From positions 1 to 59,398 of the IMG/VR virus record IMGVR_UViG_3300005254_000005: 59,398 bases of DNA; one strand, written 5' to 3'. The DNA comes from a virus (lineage: Duplodnaviria; Caudoviricetes). The notes beneath the pieces were generated by a model. The model was not told the DNA's origin and searched no databases. It saw only the letters and a list, made by a program, of their open reading frames with translations. Positions 28,103 to 38,578 of the stretch are shown here, one piece after another; positions within the stretch are counted from its first letter, which is position 1, and each line of letters begins with the position of its first letter. The translations under genes were made by a program, and so were the position numbers.

Positions 28103-29020
28103 TCAATTTGCCTGTTGTTTGGTCGCCGCCGATTCCCGATCCATTAACCGACAAGCCTCAACCACCTCACAGAAACCATCACATCGACGCCCATCCCAGG
28201 ATTCCCACGCATCGCATCGAGGCGCCCAATCGTTGGCGAAGGCCTCGTCCACGGCCTGCTGGAGCTGGTCGTAATAATAGAGGACCTCCACGTCATCCAT
28301 GCGAGGGATGGGAATGAGATAGAGATTCTTGGTAATGCCGCGATTTTTGGCAGTGTAGAGGCCGCCGTCGCGCACCATGACCTGGAGGCGCATTTTTGAA
28401 ATAGGGAAGCCAGAGTCTTCGAAAAAACAACGGTATCTGTTTAGTTGCAATGCCTCAGCTTTGATATCCGCTCTCTCCGGATTGTATGTGATCACCGTCG
28501 TCGTTTTCGGTTTGCCCTTGTTTTTGCCGGATTTCAGTAGAATCGGCGAACCATCCTGGTTTAAGAGCGGTTCCTCCTTCTGGACGAGGCCGAGGCATTT
28601 GGCGACTTTGAAACTGCCAAACGTCTTATAGTCCGTAAGTAGATGAAACCGCGGATTCTCCTCGTCAATTTCAAGGAGGTCGGCAGTCCCCTCCATCTGT
28701 TCGTCGGATAATTTTTCCTCCGAAAGAACATTCGAGACATAACGCATCGCAGACAGCTTCTGATGCACCGCGGTGCCAAGGATCGACCAGGTGCGGCCCA
28801 TCGGATCAATGGTATAATCGGTAACTGCTTTTAAATAGATCTGGCGAACTCCGTTGCCGGCAGAAGACGGACTGACTCCATTAAATTCCCTGTCAAAACT
28901 GACGGCCTTAAGGTAAGGAATGGCGGCGCAGCGCTTCTTCATGCGGCAGCCATTCAGTTTCAGGCAGTCTGCTATCGGAATGGTTTGTCGATCGGGGCAG
29001 ATGAAATATTTTGCGGGCAT
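28103..29020 (-). CDS. PD-(D/E)XK (Cas4-like) nuclease
   Basis: LGTAVH, GTADLL, LTDYKT, QLNRY, terminal C..C.V...C. Confidence 0.75.
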   Translation of the reverse strand: MPAKYFICPDRQTIPIADCLKLNGCRMKKRCAAIPYLKAVSFDREFNGVSPSSAGNGVRQIYLKAVTDYTIDPMGRTWSILGTAVHQKLSAMRYVSNVLSEEKLSDEQMEGTADLLEIDEENPRFHLLTDYKTFGSFKVAKCLGLVQKEEPLLNQDGSPILLKSGKNKGKPKTTTVITYNPERADIKAEALQLNRYRCFFEDSGFPISKMRLQVMVRDGGLYTAKNRGITKNLYLIPIPRMDDVEVLYYYDQLQQAVDEAFANDWAPRCDAWESWDGRRCDGFCEVVEACRLMDRESAATKQQAN

Positions 29021-29034
29021 GTTAAATTCTCCTT

Positions 29035-29433
29035 TCAACTCTGCTTTTTTCGCCATTGCGCCACGACACGATATACATAGTCTCGCGCGATCCTTGTTAC
29101 CTCAGGATAAGCAACCTCCCGAAGCTGTTTGCCGTTATAATAGAGTGCAAGATCTTCCCTGTCGTAACGAGTTTTCATTGACGCGACAATCTCGGGGAGA
29201 TCGTGGATCTCCTTCTCGCGCGTGGTCATCCCAAAGAGATACGGATAAGGCTCCTCGGGATAATCTTCAGCTGGTCGAAGAAAAACGATATGCGTTCCAG
29301 TTTCCCCGGTGAAATGGAGAAACGGAATGCCTGGATTTTTGTTGAGTGCGTTCAGGTCGTGGACAAGCAGATCATCCCTGTAATATTTGATGAATGGATC
29401 CGCTTTTTGTTTGAGTTGTTCGTAGATCTTCAT
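29035..29433 (-). CDS. Hypothetical protein
   Basis: YYRDDLLVHD...FLH...ETGTH; co-oriented. Confidence 0.55.
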   Translation of the reverse strand: MKIYEQLKQKADPFIKYYRDDLLVHDLNALNKNPGIPFLHFTGETGTHIVFLRPAEDYPEEPYPYLFGMTTREKEIHDLPEIVASMKTRYDREDLALYYNGKQLREVAYPEVTRIARDYVYRVVAQWRKKQS

Positions 29434-29568
29434 TTTCAATTCCCCGCTCCTCATCGCTTTCCAATTCCAAGAACACGTTTGCTTTGCATTTTTCACAAAT
29501 TCCATGGGTGACAGGCTCGTCATCCCCATTTGCAAGAACCTTCTTGCACCAAGCGCATACCACTTTCA

Positions 29569-30435
29569 TTAGCTTGCTCGATCTCCTTTTTTTGGATACT
29601 CATTCCACTCACGACCATCCAGCAGGCGACCAGCACGTTTTTTCCCGACATGAAAAAAACCACGAGCGTCGTCTGGTTGTATTGACGCAGCATCCAGTTC
29701 ACGAGCCAAATCATCCATCTCGTATAGCTGCGATTCGTGAATATAGTCCCCCCAACTTTTAAAGAAGAATGGCACGCCTGCAGCTTGACACTGATCCCGC
29801 AGCGAGAGGACCTTGTAGGGGTTCATCGGCCGCGCTCCGGGGCCGGTCTCGCCCCCGACAATCGCCCAATGGATACCTTGGAGCCGGACGTTGCCGATTT
29901 CAGATAAAAGCGGTTCAAAACTGACGAAGCGGACGGCGGCCGGGATACTTCTCAGGGTATCAATGCGATGTCGCTCTTTGTCGTTTTCGACGGTGACCCC
30001 AAGCCAACAGTTGTCTGGCATATTGCCACCATAGCGTTGTCTGTAAAATTCGACCACTTCAAGCATTTTTTGCGGACGCTTAGTCAAAAACATAAAAATA
30101 TCCGGTTGTCTTTTTACCATAAACTTGCCGTATCCACTCATGCGAGCTGCGTCAAAAATCCTCCCGTACGTTTTATAGTTTGGAACATCTTCGTGGAACA
30201 AGTCGCCCATAGAGCAAACAAAAATCATTTTACCTCCGCGCCACTTCGGCGGATTATCCATTTTGTCAGGATGTACGGTTCCAGGTCGAAACGGATCATC
30301 TGCCGGATACCCATACCGCCCCAGAAGCCGCTGCGCCATGCGCTTGGCATAACAATGTGCGCACCCTTCCGAAATCGGAGAGCATCCGGTTATCGGGTTC
30401 CACGTCTCTTCGGCCCATTCAATTTTGGTCGGCAT
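29569..30435 (-). CDS. Phage Gp37/Gp68 (DUF5131) protein
   Basis: TKIEWAEETWNPITGCSPISEGCAHCYA, CSMGDLFH, LTKRP, SFEPLL, VGGETGPGARP. Confidence 0.92.
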   Translation of the reverse strand: MPTKIEWAEETWNPITGCSPISEGCAHCYAKRMAQRLLGRYGYPADDPFRPGTVHPDKMDNPPKWRGGKMIFVCSMGDLFHEDVPNYKTYGRIFDAARMSGYGKFMVKRQPDIFMFLTKRPQKMLEVVEFYRQRYGGNMPDNCWLGVTVENDKERHRIDTLRSIPAAVRFVSFEPLLSEIGNVRLQGIHWAIVGGETGPGARPMNPYKVLSLRDQCQAAGVPFFFKSWGDYIHESQLYEMDDLARELDAASIQPDDARGFFHVGKKRAGRLLDGREWNEYPKKGDRAS

Positions 30436-31301
30436 TCAATTATCTCCTTCCTCCGCGACATCTAAAACAATGTCATCCCCTGTCGCATGTAAGGTGTAGA
30501 CTTTTTCAATCTGGATATGAGGAATGTTCCGATACCTTCTTTCGATTTCAGCCTTGACCTCCGCACGGATAACTTGACGCAAAGATTGATTTTCCATGTT
30601 CCGTTCGTGAACAACGAAGAACGTCAAAATCAATATCAATGCCAAAACGGAGATTGTAATAATATCCGAGCTTTTCATGTCTCATCCTCATACGCCTCAA
30701 TGCCGGCCTTTTCAGCCAGCCAGTAGGGCATGTCGATCAGCTTGCTGTCGAGGTCGATGACACACTCGCTTCTTGGCGCATAGACCACTTTGCGATCGAT
30801 CTGGAGGTGCCAGGACAATACGGTTATCTTTTTGATGAAATCGTACTTAACCGTTATCCTCTGCATCAGCATACCCTCCCGCCCTAATCATTTCGCAGTG
30901 GTGCCGTATTACTTGAAGTGCTGATTCCATGTCGGATCTTGGCGCGTAGGCAAATGCACAGGCTATAAGAACTCCTGTGATAAATGGTTTCGCAAAATCC
31001 ATTTCGGTCGGAAATTCCAACTTGAGCAGGTCGCATGCCCGATCAAAATCAGGAACCAAAAACTCCAATTTTTCGCTGTCATTCATGGTTGGCGCCCTCC
31101 TCCTCCCTGTATTTGCCGGTAGGCTTGAATATGGTTCCGGGACCTTTGTCCCAATCCATTCGATGCTCATGGCCGGGGCAATAGTTGATGGGGACAAGCA
31201 TATTATAGTGTTTGCTGTAATACGAGGAACCGCTATGCGATCCGAACGAGCAACCGCAGTTCTCGCATATCTCATCAAGAAAACGAGGCAATTTCTCCAT
31301 C

Positions 31302-31892
31302 TCAATGCCCTCCACCCGCGCTGATAAAAACCAGCCCGTCAATGTGATTCCCAAGCTCCCTTAATGCCCGATAACACAACTTCATAGTTGTACAGGAGGT
31401 GATACAATCGTCGATCAGTAAGATGGAATGCTGTCGCGGATACCAGGTCAAAGCGGGCGGATCCTGAACCATGGACGCGAACCGACCATGGTTCTTTTTG
31501 GATTCGCGCTGTTGGAATACAGGAAGAAACCGGATGGATGTGCGGACTGAAATTGCCTCAGCAAGACGATAGGCGCAATAATTCAAGGTGTTCCGCTTCG
31601 CTGAAGGCGGAGGCGTCGTGATGAACGAATAGCTGTTTTGAATGACCTTAATGAATTGGTTTGCAATCAGGCCGGTCACCTTCGGCCTTGGGTTTTCCTT
31701 CCAGGCTTTATATTGCGCCCAATCGATATCCTTTGAGCGATACAGGGAGAAGCACCCAGTGAACGCCGCCTTGTGGTGTCGCAGGACAATAGACCGGTCA
31801 GGATCGATGAGGGGCTTCTCTTGAGGGGATCCCGCATGGGTCGAAATGGCCGGATTCATGCCGGAGGCGATGGAGAGAAGGTTGAAGTTCAT
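31302..31892 (-). CDS. Phosphoribosyltransferase-fold protein (ComF-like)
   Basis: PRPP-binding ILLIDDCITSCTT; TPPPS. Confidence 0.75.
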   Translation of the reverse strand: MNFNLLSIASGMNPAISTHAGSPQEKPLIDPDRSIVLRHHKAAFTGCFSLYRSKDIDWAQYKAWKENPRPKVTGLIANQFIKVIQNSYSFITTPPPSAKRNTLNYCAYRLAEAISVRTSIRFLPVFQQRESKKNHGRFASMVQDPPALTWYPRQHSILLIDDCITSCTTMKLCYRALRELGNHIDGLVFISAGGGH

Positions 31893-32505
31893 GGGATTTC
31901 CTTTTTCACAATTTCGCATCTTTTGGGTAAACAACTAGATCAAACTCCTTTGCCAGGGCAACCACATCTTCCTTGTTAATGATTAAAGACCCTTCATTGC
32001 TACTTTTTAGAAAAATTCTCCTATTGTTTTTGTGAGCACAAAAATGAACACTTTCTACATCCTCGTCGAACCATTTATGCAATGTCATCACTTCCATATT
32101 TCACCTGCGATGCTTAAACCTGAGCCGCCGCGAGAATCGCCGCCTACCCCGCCGCTTCCCGCCGTGCCTTGGTCTGCAATAGACCTGCTCCAACCGCACG
32201 CTTCTCGCAGGCTACTCAAGATAGGTTGAAACCTATGCTTTCTCCCAATAGATTGATTCGACATATCTAGGATTGTGCCGCGCAAATTCCTTAAACTCAT
32301 CGGAATCCGGGATATCTTTTCTATATTCTACAATCCAGAATTCATTTCGATCTCCATGAAATGCTGCACTCATTTCAATTTTGATCATAGGACCTGAATC
32401 GATATGGCGCCCACGTTCAACTTCAGTATCTGGCCACCATACTGACGCAATCGATTTTTCGTTTAATCTCATGTCCATAAGTATTTCTCCCGATCTAGAA
32501 CAGCC

Positions 32506-32970
32506 CTACTCCTCGCAAATCACTTCCATAACCTCTTTGAATTTGCCCGTTCCTACTTTTTTGCATTTCGTAGATTGTTCAAACCATGCCCTAACAAGCA
32601 ACCGGGCCCCATTATCACGACGTCTAAAATCCCATCCCTTCCAACCCATTTCAAGATATTCAGTATCTTCCAGGAATTTTAATTGGGGATGTTCTTTCAG
32701 GTCTTCAATGATTGGCCCAACGTCCTTAATGATTGAGTCGTCTTCCCCGAGATATAGATCGAGGGCAACCGCGTCAATCGTTATGCCCCCACAAGCAAAT
32801 GTGATGCTTGAAGCACGTTTGATGTGCGGATAAGAATCATCATGATTTTTCGAAAACATACACCCGTATTCCATGGCTGTTCTGAATAGCGGTTTGTGTT
32901 TTTCAAGGAAGGCTCGCTCCTTTTGGAACCTTTCTTCTTGCTCTTTAACTGCATCTTCAAATCGCAACAT
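32506..32970 (-). CDS. Hypothetical protein
   Basis: GAGGAG RBS; C-terminal CKKVGTG...EVIC. Confidence 0.65.
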   Translation of the reverse strand: MLRFEDAVKEQEERFQKERAFLEKHKPLFRTAMEYGCMFSKNHDDSYPHIKRASSITFACGGITIDAVALDLYLGEDDSIIKDVGPIIEDLKEHPQLKFLEDTEYLEMGWKGWDFRRRDNGARLLVRAWFEQSTKCKKVGTGKFKEVMEVICEE

Positions 32971-33194
32971 TGGTGCTCTCCTCCTCGCAAGTTAGAATTA
33001 TGAGCCATACCCCATTTCTTCCGCGTTCCAGCCTGTGATCCTGTAATCGTTCAAAAATGCGTCGACCACCTCGCAGATTTCAGCGAGTTTCTCTGGAGGC
33101 AATGCCGCCATGTCCTTCTGGTATGGCCTGATTATTTCATCCAAGTCTTTGTCTTTGCTCGGGGATTGATTATGCATACGAGGCCTCCTTTTCT

Positions 33195-33542
33195 TTAATG
33201 GCACTCACACAGCCCGCCATTGTAAGCGTATGGACCGTTAGGCCCTGGTAGATCATCGCTGTCGTAGTGTTCCCCTGGTGTTCCGTACCAACGATAGCCG
33301 TTTCCGCAGCAATCGCATATCTGAACGTCATGTTGAAGCTCACATACGCTGCATGGTGCTCGAGTCGCTCCGCAAAAGCATTGGCCATTGTTGATGCTTC
33401 GTATCTCAGCGTCCCTGTCCGATATCCAATTGAGGATTAAGTTGTGATCTCCGGTCTCATCGAATTTTTTCAGGGTTTCATCGTCAACCTGATCAATATT
33501 CAGGAACCCTGTCCCCTTACATCTTGTGCATGTGATTCCCAT
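33195..33542 (-). CDS. Cys-rich Zn-finger protein
   Basis: CTRCKGTG and CDCCGNG motifs. Confidence 0.6.
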   Translation of the reverse strand: MGITCTRCKGTGFLNIDQVDDETLKKFDETGDHNLILNWISDRDAEIRSINNGQCFCGATRAPCSVCELQHDVQICDCCGNGYRWYGTPGEHYDSDDLPGPNGPYAYNGGLCECH

Positions 33543-33900
33543 CCTCTGCCTCCAGCTTCTGCAACTTTTCTTGCGCTTGAGCTATTTCATGCCGTAAGAC
33601 TTCGATTTCTTGTTTTCGCTTATCGGCTGCTTCGCGTTTCAGCCGTTCTTCCCTTTGACTTTCAGTCTCAGTCGGGACAGCAGAGAAAAACCGATCTCCC
33701 TTGCCGGGAATAGGCTGAACAGTCATGGAATCGAAGCCCATCTTTTCGCCCAACGCCCTCCATGCCCGGTTTGCATTTTCTTGAGGGCTTGCCGGAATAT
33801 AACTGCCTATCTTCATGACGGGTGTTGGTCTGCATACCTCCAAAAGCTCGTTGAGGTCCTTTTCAGTCATTTCATAATTGACTCGTGGGTACATAGACAT
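33517..33900 (-). CDS. Hypothetical protein
   Basis: AAGGAG RBS; QENANRAWRALGEKMGFD. Confidence 0.65.
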   Translation of the reverse strand: MSMYPRVNYEMTEKDLNELLEVCRPTPVMKIGSYIPASPQENANRAWRALGEKMGFDSMTVQPIPGKGDRFFSAVPTETESQREERLKREAADKRKQEIEVLRHEIAQAQEKLQKLEAEDGNHMHKM

Positions 33901-34163
33901 GACGATTTTCTCCTTTCAAATAAAATGTGGCGCTATACGCCTGAAACGGTTCATATTACTTCACCTATTTCAAGCTTATTTCGTTTCGCCCATTTTTTGG
34001 CGTCCTGAAATGATTTGAATGATTTAACTGGTTTTGGTGGCCATGTTATCGTTTCAATTTCATAACTCCGTTTCGACGGATGAATCTTTCCGAACTCTCC
34101 ATCATCGCGGCCTATCAAAAAAACTGTTTTTCTGCGCTCAGCTATTCTATATCTCATCTACCC

Positions 34164-34715
34164 TCACCCAGTCGTAATCTCAGGGAGAGCAGGAAGAGCA
34201 TGCATCGCCGGCAGCCTGTCCGGAATTTCGCCTGCGACCTCCGGCGCCTTGAAATTGGTCGGCAGCGACAAAGCGACCGTTCCTTTCAGTTCGCTGTCGA
34301 GGATCGTAATGGATTCCTTGTAATGGTCTTCGGCCTCCAGCTCGGCAGACACGCCGTGTGAGACGCTCCAGGAGCAAAAATTCTTGCCGATCTTTTTTGA
34401 GATCAGCACCGACACTTGATTCGGTTTCATATGCGTTACCTCTCTTTCATAATGGTAAGTGATGGGTTGGAGGAGCTCGATCCGCTCATGGTCGAATACC
34501 CTGGTATTGAACGGGCAGAGATCGCAGAGGGTCCGGTCTTTAAATTTGACGGGGGACGTGCGGTCTTTGCAGGTTTCGCAGACCTTGACCGGATCCAGGG
34601 TCTGCGCGTAGGCTTCGACGATCGCAGGCAGAACCCGATTCATGGGAAGCTTCAGGGCCCTCGAGATCCGGCGCAGTAGGAGTTTTGAGTCTTCAGGCGG
34701 TTTCTTGGTGCTCAT
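34164..34715 (-). CDS. Hypothetical DNA-binding/Zn protein
   Basis: RHH-like N-terminus, two CxxC; directly downstream of consensus promoter. Confidence 0.6.
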   Translation of the reverse strand: MSTKKPPEDSKLLLRRISRALKLPMNRVLPAIVEAYAQTLDPVKVCETCKDRTSPVKFKDRTLCDLCPFNTRVFDHERIELLQPITYHYEREVTHMKPNQVSVLISKKIGKNFCSWSVSHGVSAELEAEDHYKESITILDSELKGTVALSLPTNFKAPEVAGEIPDRLPAMHALPALPEITTG

Positions 34716-34739
34716 GGGTATCTCCCCCTTGATTGAGAA

Positions 34740-34791
34740 ATTATAACGAAATTCGTTATCATGTCAAGAAAATAATAACGAATTTCATTAC
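34740..34791 (-). promoter_or_regulatory. Sigma70 promoter TTGACA-N16-TATAAT with two operators
   Basis: -35 at 34767-34762, -10 at 34745-34740; operators 34743-34759 and 34775-34791. Confidence 0.8.
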
Positions 34792-34794
34792 GGC

Positions 34795-35187
34795 TTAAAA
34801 CGGCACGTCATCCATCTCGTCCGGGGTCGGAGGATGCGAAAGAGGTCCTGCGTCCTCAGCAGGCTCAGCGGCCCTTCTTGAACCCGAATCCAGGAAGTCC
34901 ACCCGGTTGGCGACGATCTCAACCGATGTCTGGGAATTGCCGTCGCGATCGACCCACCTGCGGGTTTGCAGGGATCCCTCAATGCCGATCTGCGCGCCTT
35001 TACTGAGATAATTACACACCGCCTCGGCTTGGCCGTTCCAGGCCACCACCGTGAACCAGTGCGTCTGTCGGTTGTCTCCGAAGCCCGTAACGTTGGCAAG
35101 GGATAGGTTTGTAACGGGTTTGCCGGATGTTGTGTAGCGAAGCTCCGGATCCTGACCCAAACGTCCTGTGATCGATGTTGAATTCAT
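34795..35187 (-). CDS. ssb: Single-stranded DNA-binding protein
   Basis: GRLGQDPELRYT, KGAQIGIEGSLQTR, acidic DDVPF tail. Confidence 0.95.
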   Translation of the reverse strand: MNSTSITGRLGQDPELRYTTSGKPVTNLSLANVTGFGDNRQTHWFTVVAWNGQAEAVCNYLSKGAQIGIEGSLQTRRWVDRDGNSQTSVEIVANRVDFLDSGSRRAAEPAEDAGPLSHPPTPDEMDDVPF

Positions 35188-35250
35188 GTGAAAATCTCCT
35201 TTTTAAATAATGAATTAATGATAATGAAATTCGTTATTGAACAGACAAAA

Positions 35251-35685
35251 TTAAACCCGTGTTTTACAAGCCTCCAGGATGCGGCCCATTTCATTGCGGC
35301 CTTCGATCTCCTTACACCGGAAACAGGAGCAGTCTCCCCAAAAATTGTCATGCCAATGATTCCCCTCGACGATCGGCTCACGGATAGCGCATAATCGCTC
35401 GGCAAGTTTTGGATGCTGCTGGAACTTGAGCCGCACAAATATAGTCATGAAGGGCACCTTTCTGTCTTCCCAGTCGGGGCGGAGAATCAGCAGCCTGCCT
35501 GCTCTCTTTGCCTGTCCAGGAGTTGGAAGGGAGCGAATCATCTCCCAGTCTGCCGGGTTCAGGCTTTTGGACGCCTGATACACATGCTCTACGGTCATCC
35601 AGGATGTCCCGCCCGGCGTGACAATTGGTGATGGATAAAAATTGCTTAAAAACGCATACTCATCTCGGAAATGCATAGCGATCAC
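35251..35685 (-). CDS. NADAR (YbiA-like) family protein
   Basis: FLSNFYPS, TVEHVYQA, AKRAGR, LKFQQHP, DNFWG, GRNEMGRIL. Confidence 0.9.
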   Translation of the reverse strand: MIAMHFRDEYAFLSNFYPSPIVTPGGTSWMTVEHVYQASKSLNPADWEMIRSLPTPGQAKRAGRLLILRPDWEDRKVPFMTIFVRLKFQQHPKLAERLCAIREPIVEGNHWHDNFWGDCSCFRCKEIEGRNEMGRILEACKTRV

Positions 35686-35691
35686 CTCCTT

Positions 35692-36321
35692 TCATGAATC
35701 AACAGGGTGAATCAAATCTATCCGGTAAATAATCTCATTGGAGGTATTGCGGACGACAAGACCGGTCACGCGGATGGAGGAGGGAGGCGAGGAGCTTGAC
35801 GTCGGCAAGGGGACTTCGCGGGCGGTGCGGAGTGGGTTGGATGGGAAGAGATTGTAGGGAAAAAGTACGAAAATCGATTTTCTGCTGGGCTGTATGAGAG
35901 TACCCTCCTCCGACTGGGTCACTTTCCCCCCCGCCAGGCTGATCGTCGCCGTCACGCGCTCACCGATCAACGCGCCCGGATCATGCGCAAATATCTTCGC
36001 CTTCATGGATGCGATGTAGTAATCCGTGCTCTTCGCATAGGCGCGATACGAAAGAAAGGCGAGTGGCTGCACCCACCCTATGGAGTAGTTGATGATCTTC
36101 ATGGTGCGATTCGCGGACTCAATGACGCGCAGGCCTTCACGCACGAGACGATAATCCTGCGCGTCCGACGCGGGCCAGGTGCCGAAGGTGGCCATTTGGA
36201 TACTCTCTTCAAGCAAAAATAGCGAAAAGGTGACCAGGCCTACCAGGGAGATGTAGGCCATGCCTGCGTAGAGGATGCGCCGCATGAAGCGCATGGGTGT
36301 TCGGAATGCCTGGGTATTCAT
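35692..36321 (-). CDS. Membrane-anchored hypothetical protein
   Basis: GGAGG RBS before ATG 36321; N-terminal TM helix. Confidence 0.6.
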   Translation of the reverse strand: MNTQAFRTPMRFMRRILYAGMAYISLVGLVTFSLFLLEESIQMATFGTWPASDAQDYRLVREGLRVIESANRTMKIINYSIGWVQPLAFLSYRAYAKSTDYYIASMKAKIFAHDPGALIGERVTATISLAGGKVTQSEEGTLIQPSRKSIFVLFPYNLFPSNPLRTAREVPLPTSSSSPPSSIRVTGLVVRNTSNEIIYRIDLIHPVDS

Positions 36322-36462
36322 GAATCCTCCGGTGTGATGCGGAAAACTTATTAACGTGAGTGAGGTGGACAATTTCGTTAACGTACAGGGTGAATCAAAT
36401 CGGCGGAGCGCTCTGTGTTCGAGGGGGCGTTCTGTGACTGAGGGGGTGTTTTGCATGGGGCT

Positions 36463-36596
36463 GAACTTCGCCTAGCAATCAATCTTCCTATGCTCCCGAA
36501 CTTCGCCCAGCAATCTGTCTTCCCAGGGTTTTGAACTTCGCCCAGCAATCTGTCTTCCCAGACTCCCGAACTTCGCCCAGCAATACATCTTCCCAG
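36463..36596. repeat. Four tandem 35-bp repeats (GAACTTCGCCCAGCAATCTGTCTTCCCA core)
   Basis: Units start at 36463, 36498, 36533, 36568. Confidence 0.9.
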
Positions 36597-36606
36597 CGAT
36601 CAGCAT

Positions 36607-36642
36607 AAAAAAAGCCCTGCCGGCACTATTACCGACAGAGCT
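36607..36642 (-). terminator. Intrinsic terminator
   Basis: AGCTCTGTCGG/CCGGCAGGGCT stem plus T7 on minus strand. Confidence 0.75.
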
Positions 36643-36684
36643 TCATCGTCACGCGCACGGAGGTTGATGCACGCGATCAAGGGT

Positions 36685-37011
36685 TTACGGGAGGACCTTG
36701 AGGATAGTGTAGCTCGCCCGGTCTTCGAAGACCCGGGATGAACAGATACCCTTAAACTTGTCGCCGGCCTTAAGACTCTTGGCGGGTGCAACCTGCGATC
36801 CGAACGCCATGACCGGGATCTCAGCCTCGTACTTCACGCCGTCCAGGGTGCGCGTCTCGGTGACGATCAGGCGCACATACTCATTGCCGTTCTTGTCGAG
36901 AACGACATCGGTCCTGGTAATTGGGGCCTGCAGCATCACGTCCTTGGCGAAGGCCGGAACAGCGAGGGCGATAAGCGACAGGGCCAGGATTAAAGCGAAA
37001 AACTTCTTCAT
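36685..37011 (-). CDS. Exported OB-fold-like protein
   Basis: MKKFFALILALSLIALAVPAFA signal peptide; AGGAG RBS; LKAGDK OB-like pattern. Confidence 0.7.
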   Translation of the reverse strand: MKKFFALILALSLIALAVPAFAKDVMLQAPITRTDVVLDKNGNEYVRLIVTETRTLDGVKYEAEIPVMAFGSQVAPAKSLKAGDKFKGICSSRVFEDRASYTILKVLP

Positions 37012-37299
37012 GGTAGAACTCCTTTCGAAAGGATTAGAAGGGTTGACGATTAATACTTTCACCTCCTTTCATCAAAGATTTTAAGGTCACAAATAAACAG
37101 GAAAGATTAAACCTTGATAACGCTCGCTTTGGCTGAAGAGAAAAGAAAGAACCAAAGAAAAGAGAATCGGCGCGGGCCTGGCTGTCCCGCAAGCCAGGGC
37201 CGCGCCTAGGGGGTCTGGGGGATGCACGCGACGCACACGCGGCGCAAGCGCCTGCTCTGCGCGAGTGCCTGCGCTGCGCGTGCCCCCAGGGTCTTGCTG

Positions 37300-37755
37300 T
37301 CAGCGCTCCCACTCATCATGGTCGATAAGTCGGCGCGTCCATTCGACAGTCATTGGATTTCTTGCAGACGGGATCCAATGGTCGGCGATACGATCTTCGC
37401 CTGAGTCTCGGTCTGGGCCTGATCCATTCCAGATAAGACGAGGCGTGAGGCGCGAGGCATGCAAGACAATCCTTGAGTCAAGGCTGCAGATCGCGTGAAA
37501 CACCCGGGCCGTACGATTACAGGTGTCGTCGTCCGGCTGAGCCATCGCGTCCGGGATTCGAAGAAGGACCTGGTCGCCTTCGATCTCAACCTGGCAGTCG
37601 GAGTTGAAGGCAATGGCCTTGATCTGCAGATTGCGAATCTGGGTAGCCGGATTGACGAGGACCTCCAGGGCATTGAGCCCGAGAGGGAAGAGGATTAGGG
37701 CCGCGGCGATGGTGGTTACGGGCCAGCCGATAATTTTAAAAAGGGATCGGATCAT
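37300..37755 (-). CDS. Membrane-anchored hypothetical protein
   Basis: GGAGG RBS; N-terminal TM helix. Confidence 0.55.
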   Translation of the reverse strand: MIRSLFKIIGWPVTTIAAALILFPLGLNALEVLVNPATQIRNLQIKAIAFNSDCQVEIEGDQVLLRIPDAMAQPDDDTCNRTARVFHAICSLDSRIVLHASRLTPRLIWNGSGPDRDSGEDRIADHWIPSARNPMTVEWTRRLIDHDEWER

Positions 37756-38532
37756 GGTAGGCGCCTCCTTCCTCGATTTGCGAGGTGTAGGCCTCGCAAG
37801 GGTCGTTGACTTTAAGGGCAGCCAGGATCTGGGAATCGATGCAGGCCGCGCAGACCGGATGCTCCGGATGGAAGTCTCCGGGGCACGTCTCGTGATTGCG
37901 AAAATTTCCGATGCAACTCATGGCCTTACCTCCTGCGTCAAAGTTTGTATTGCAAATCAACAGGCAAGATTAAATCAATGTAGTTGGCTTTAATGAAGGC
38001 TGGTAAAGTTTAAAGAGAAAGAAAGAACCAAAGAAAGAGAATGAGGCGAGCCCGGGCTGCCCCTCAAGCCCGGGCGAGCCAGCCGGGTATGCGCGGGGAG
38101 GAGTGTCGAGTTTCGCCTAGCAATTAATCTTCCCAGCTAGGGGGGGGTCTGGGGGCACTCCCCCAGGGTCTTGCCACGTCTTGGGCATGATTGCCGGCGG
38201 CGGGGATTCGCACGCTCCCCGCTCTGCGATTCCGACCGCGACCTTGCTGCCGGCGTGCAAGGCCGTGGAAGATGTGGTAGAAAACTGATTTCACAAAAGC
38301 ACAGAAAAGATTAAATCTCGATCTTGACGTAAGGTCTTCATTGGGGGGTTGCAGGGGGAGACCACCCCCTGCGAGGCGGAGCGGAATGGAGCGTAACGGA
38401 GTGGAGCGGAATGAAGCGGAGCCCTCCTTGCAAAAGTGGCGCTGCCCTTTGCGCCTGGTTACGGTTTCGTGCCAAACACGTCTTATCGTTTGGCGCGAAA
38501 TTTGCCTAGTGCCCTTTGTTGACGGTGAATAT

Positions 38533-38573
38533 AAAAAAAGGCGACAGGCCCGGATTGCTCCGAACCTGCCGCC
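38533..38573 (-). terminator. Intrinsic terminator after SLOG gene
   Basis: 15-bp stem, GCAA loop, T7. Confidence 0.8.
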
Positions 38574-38578
38574 GGAAG

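Noticed and set aside
36463-36596. Possible CRISPR array
   Set aside because: Linkers are only 7 bp, too short for spacers; no cas operon
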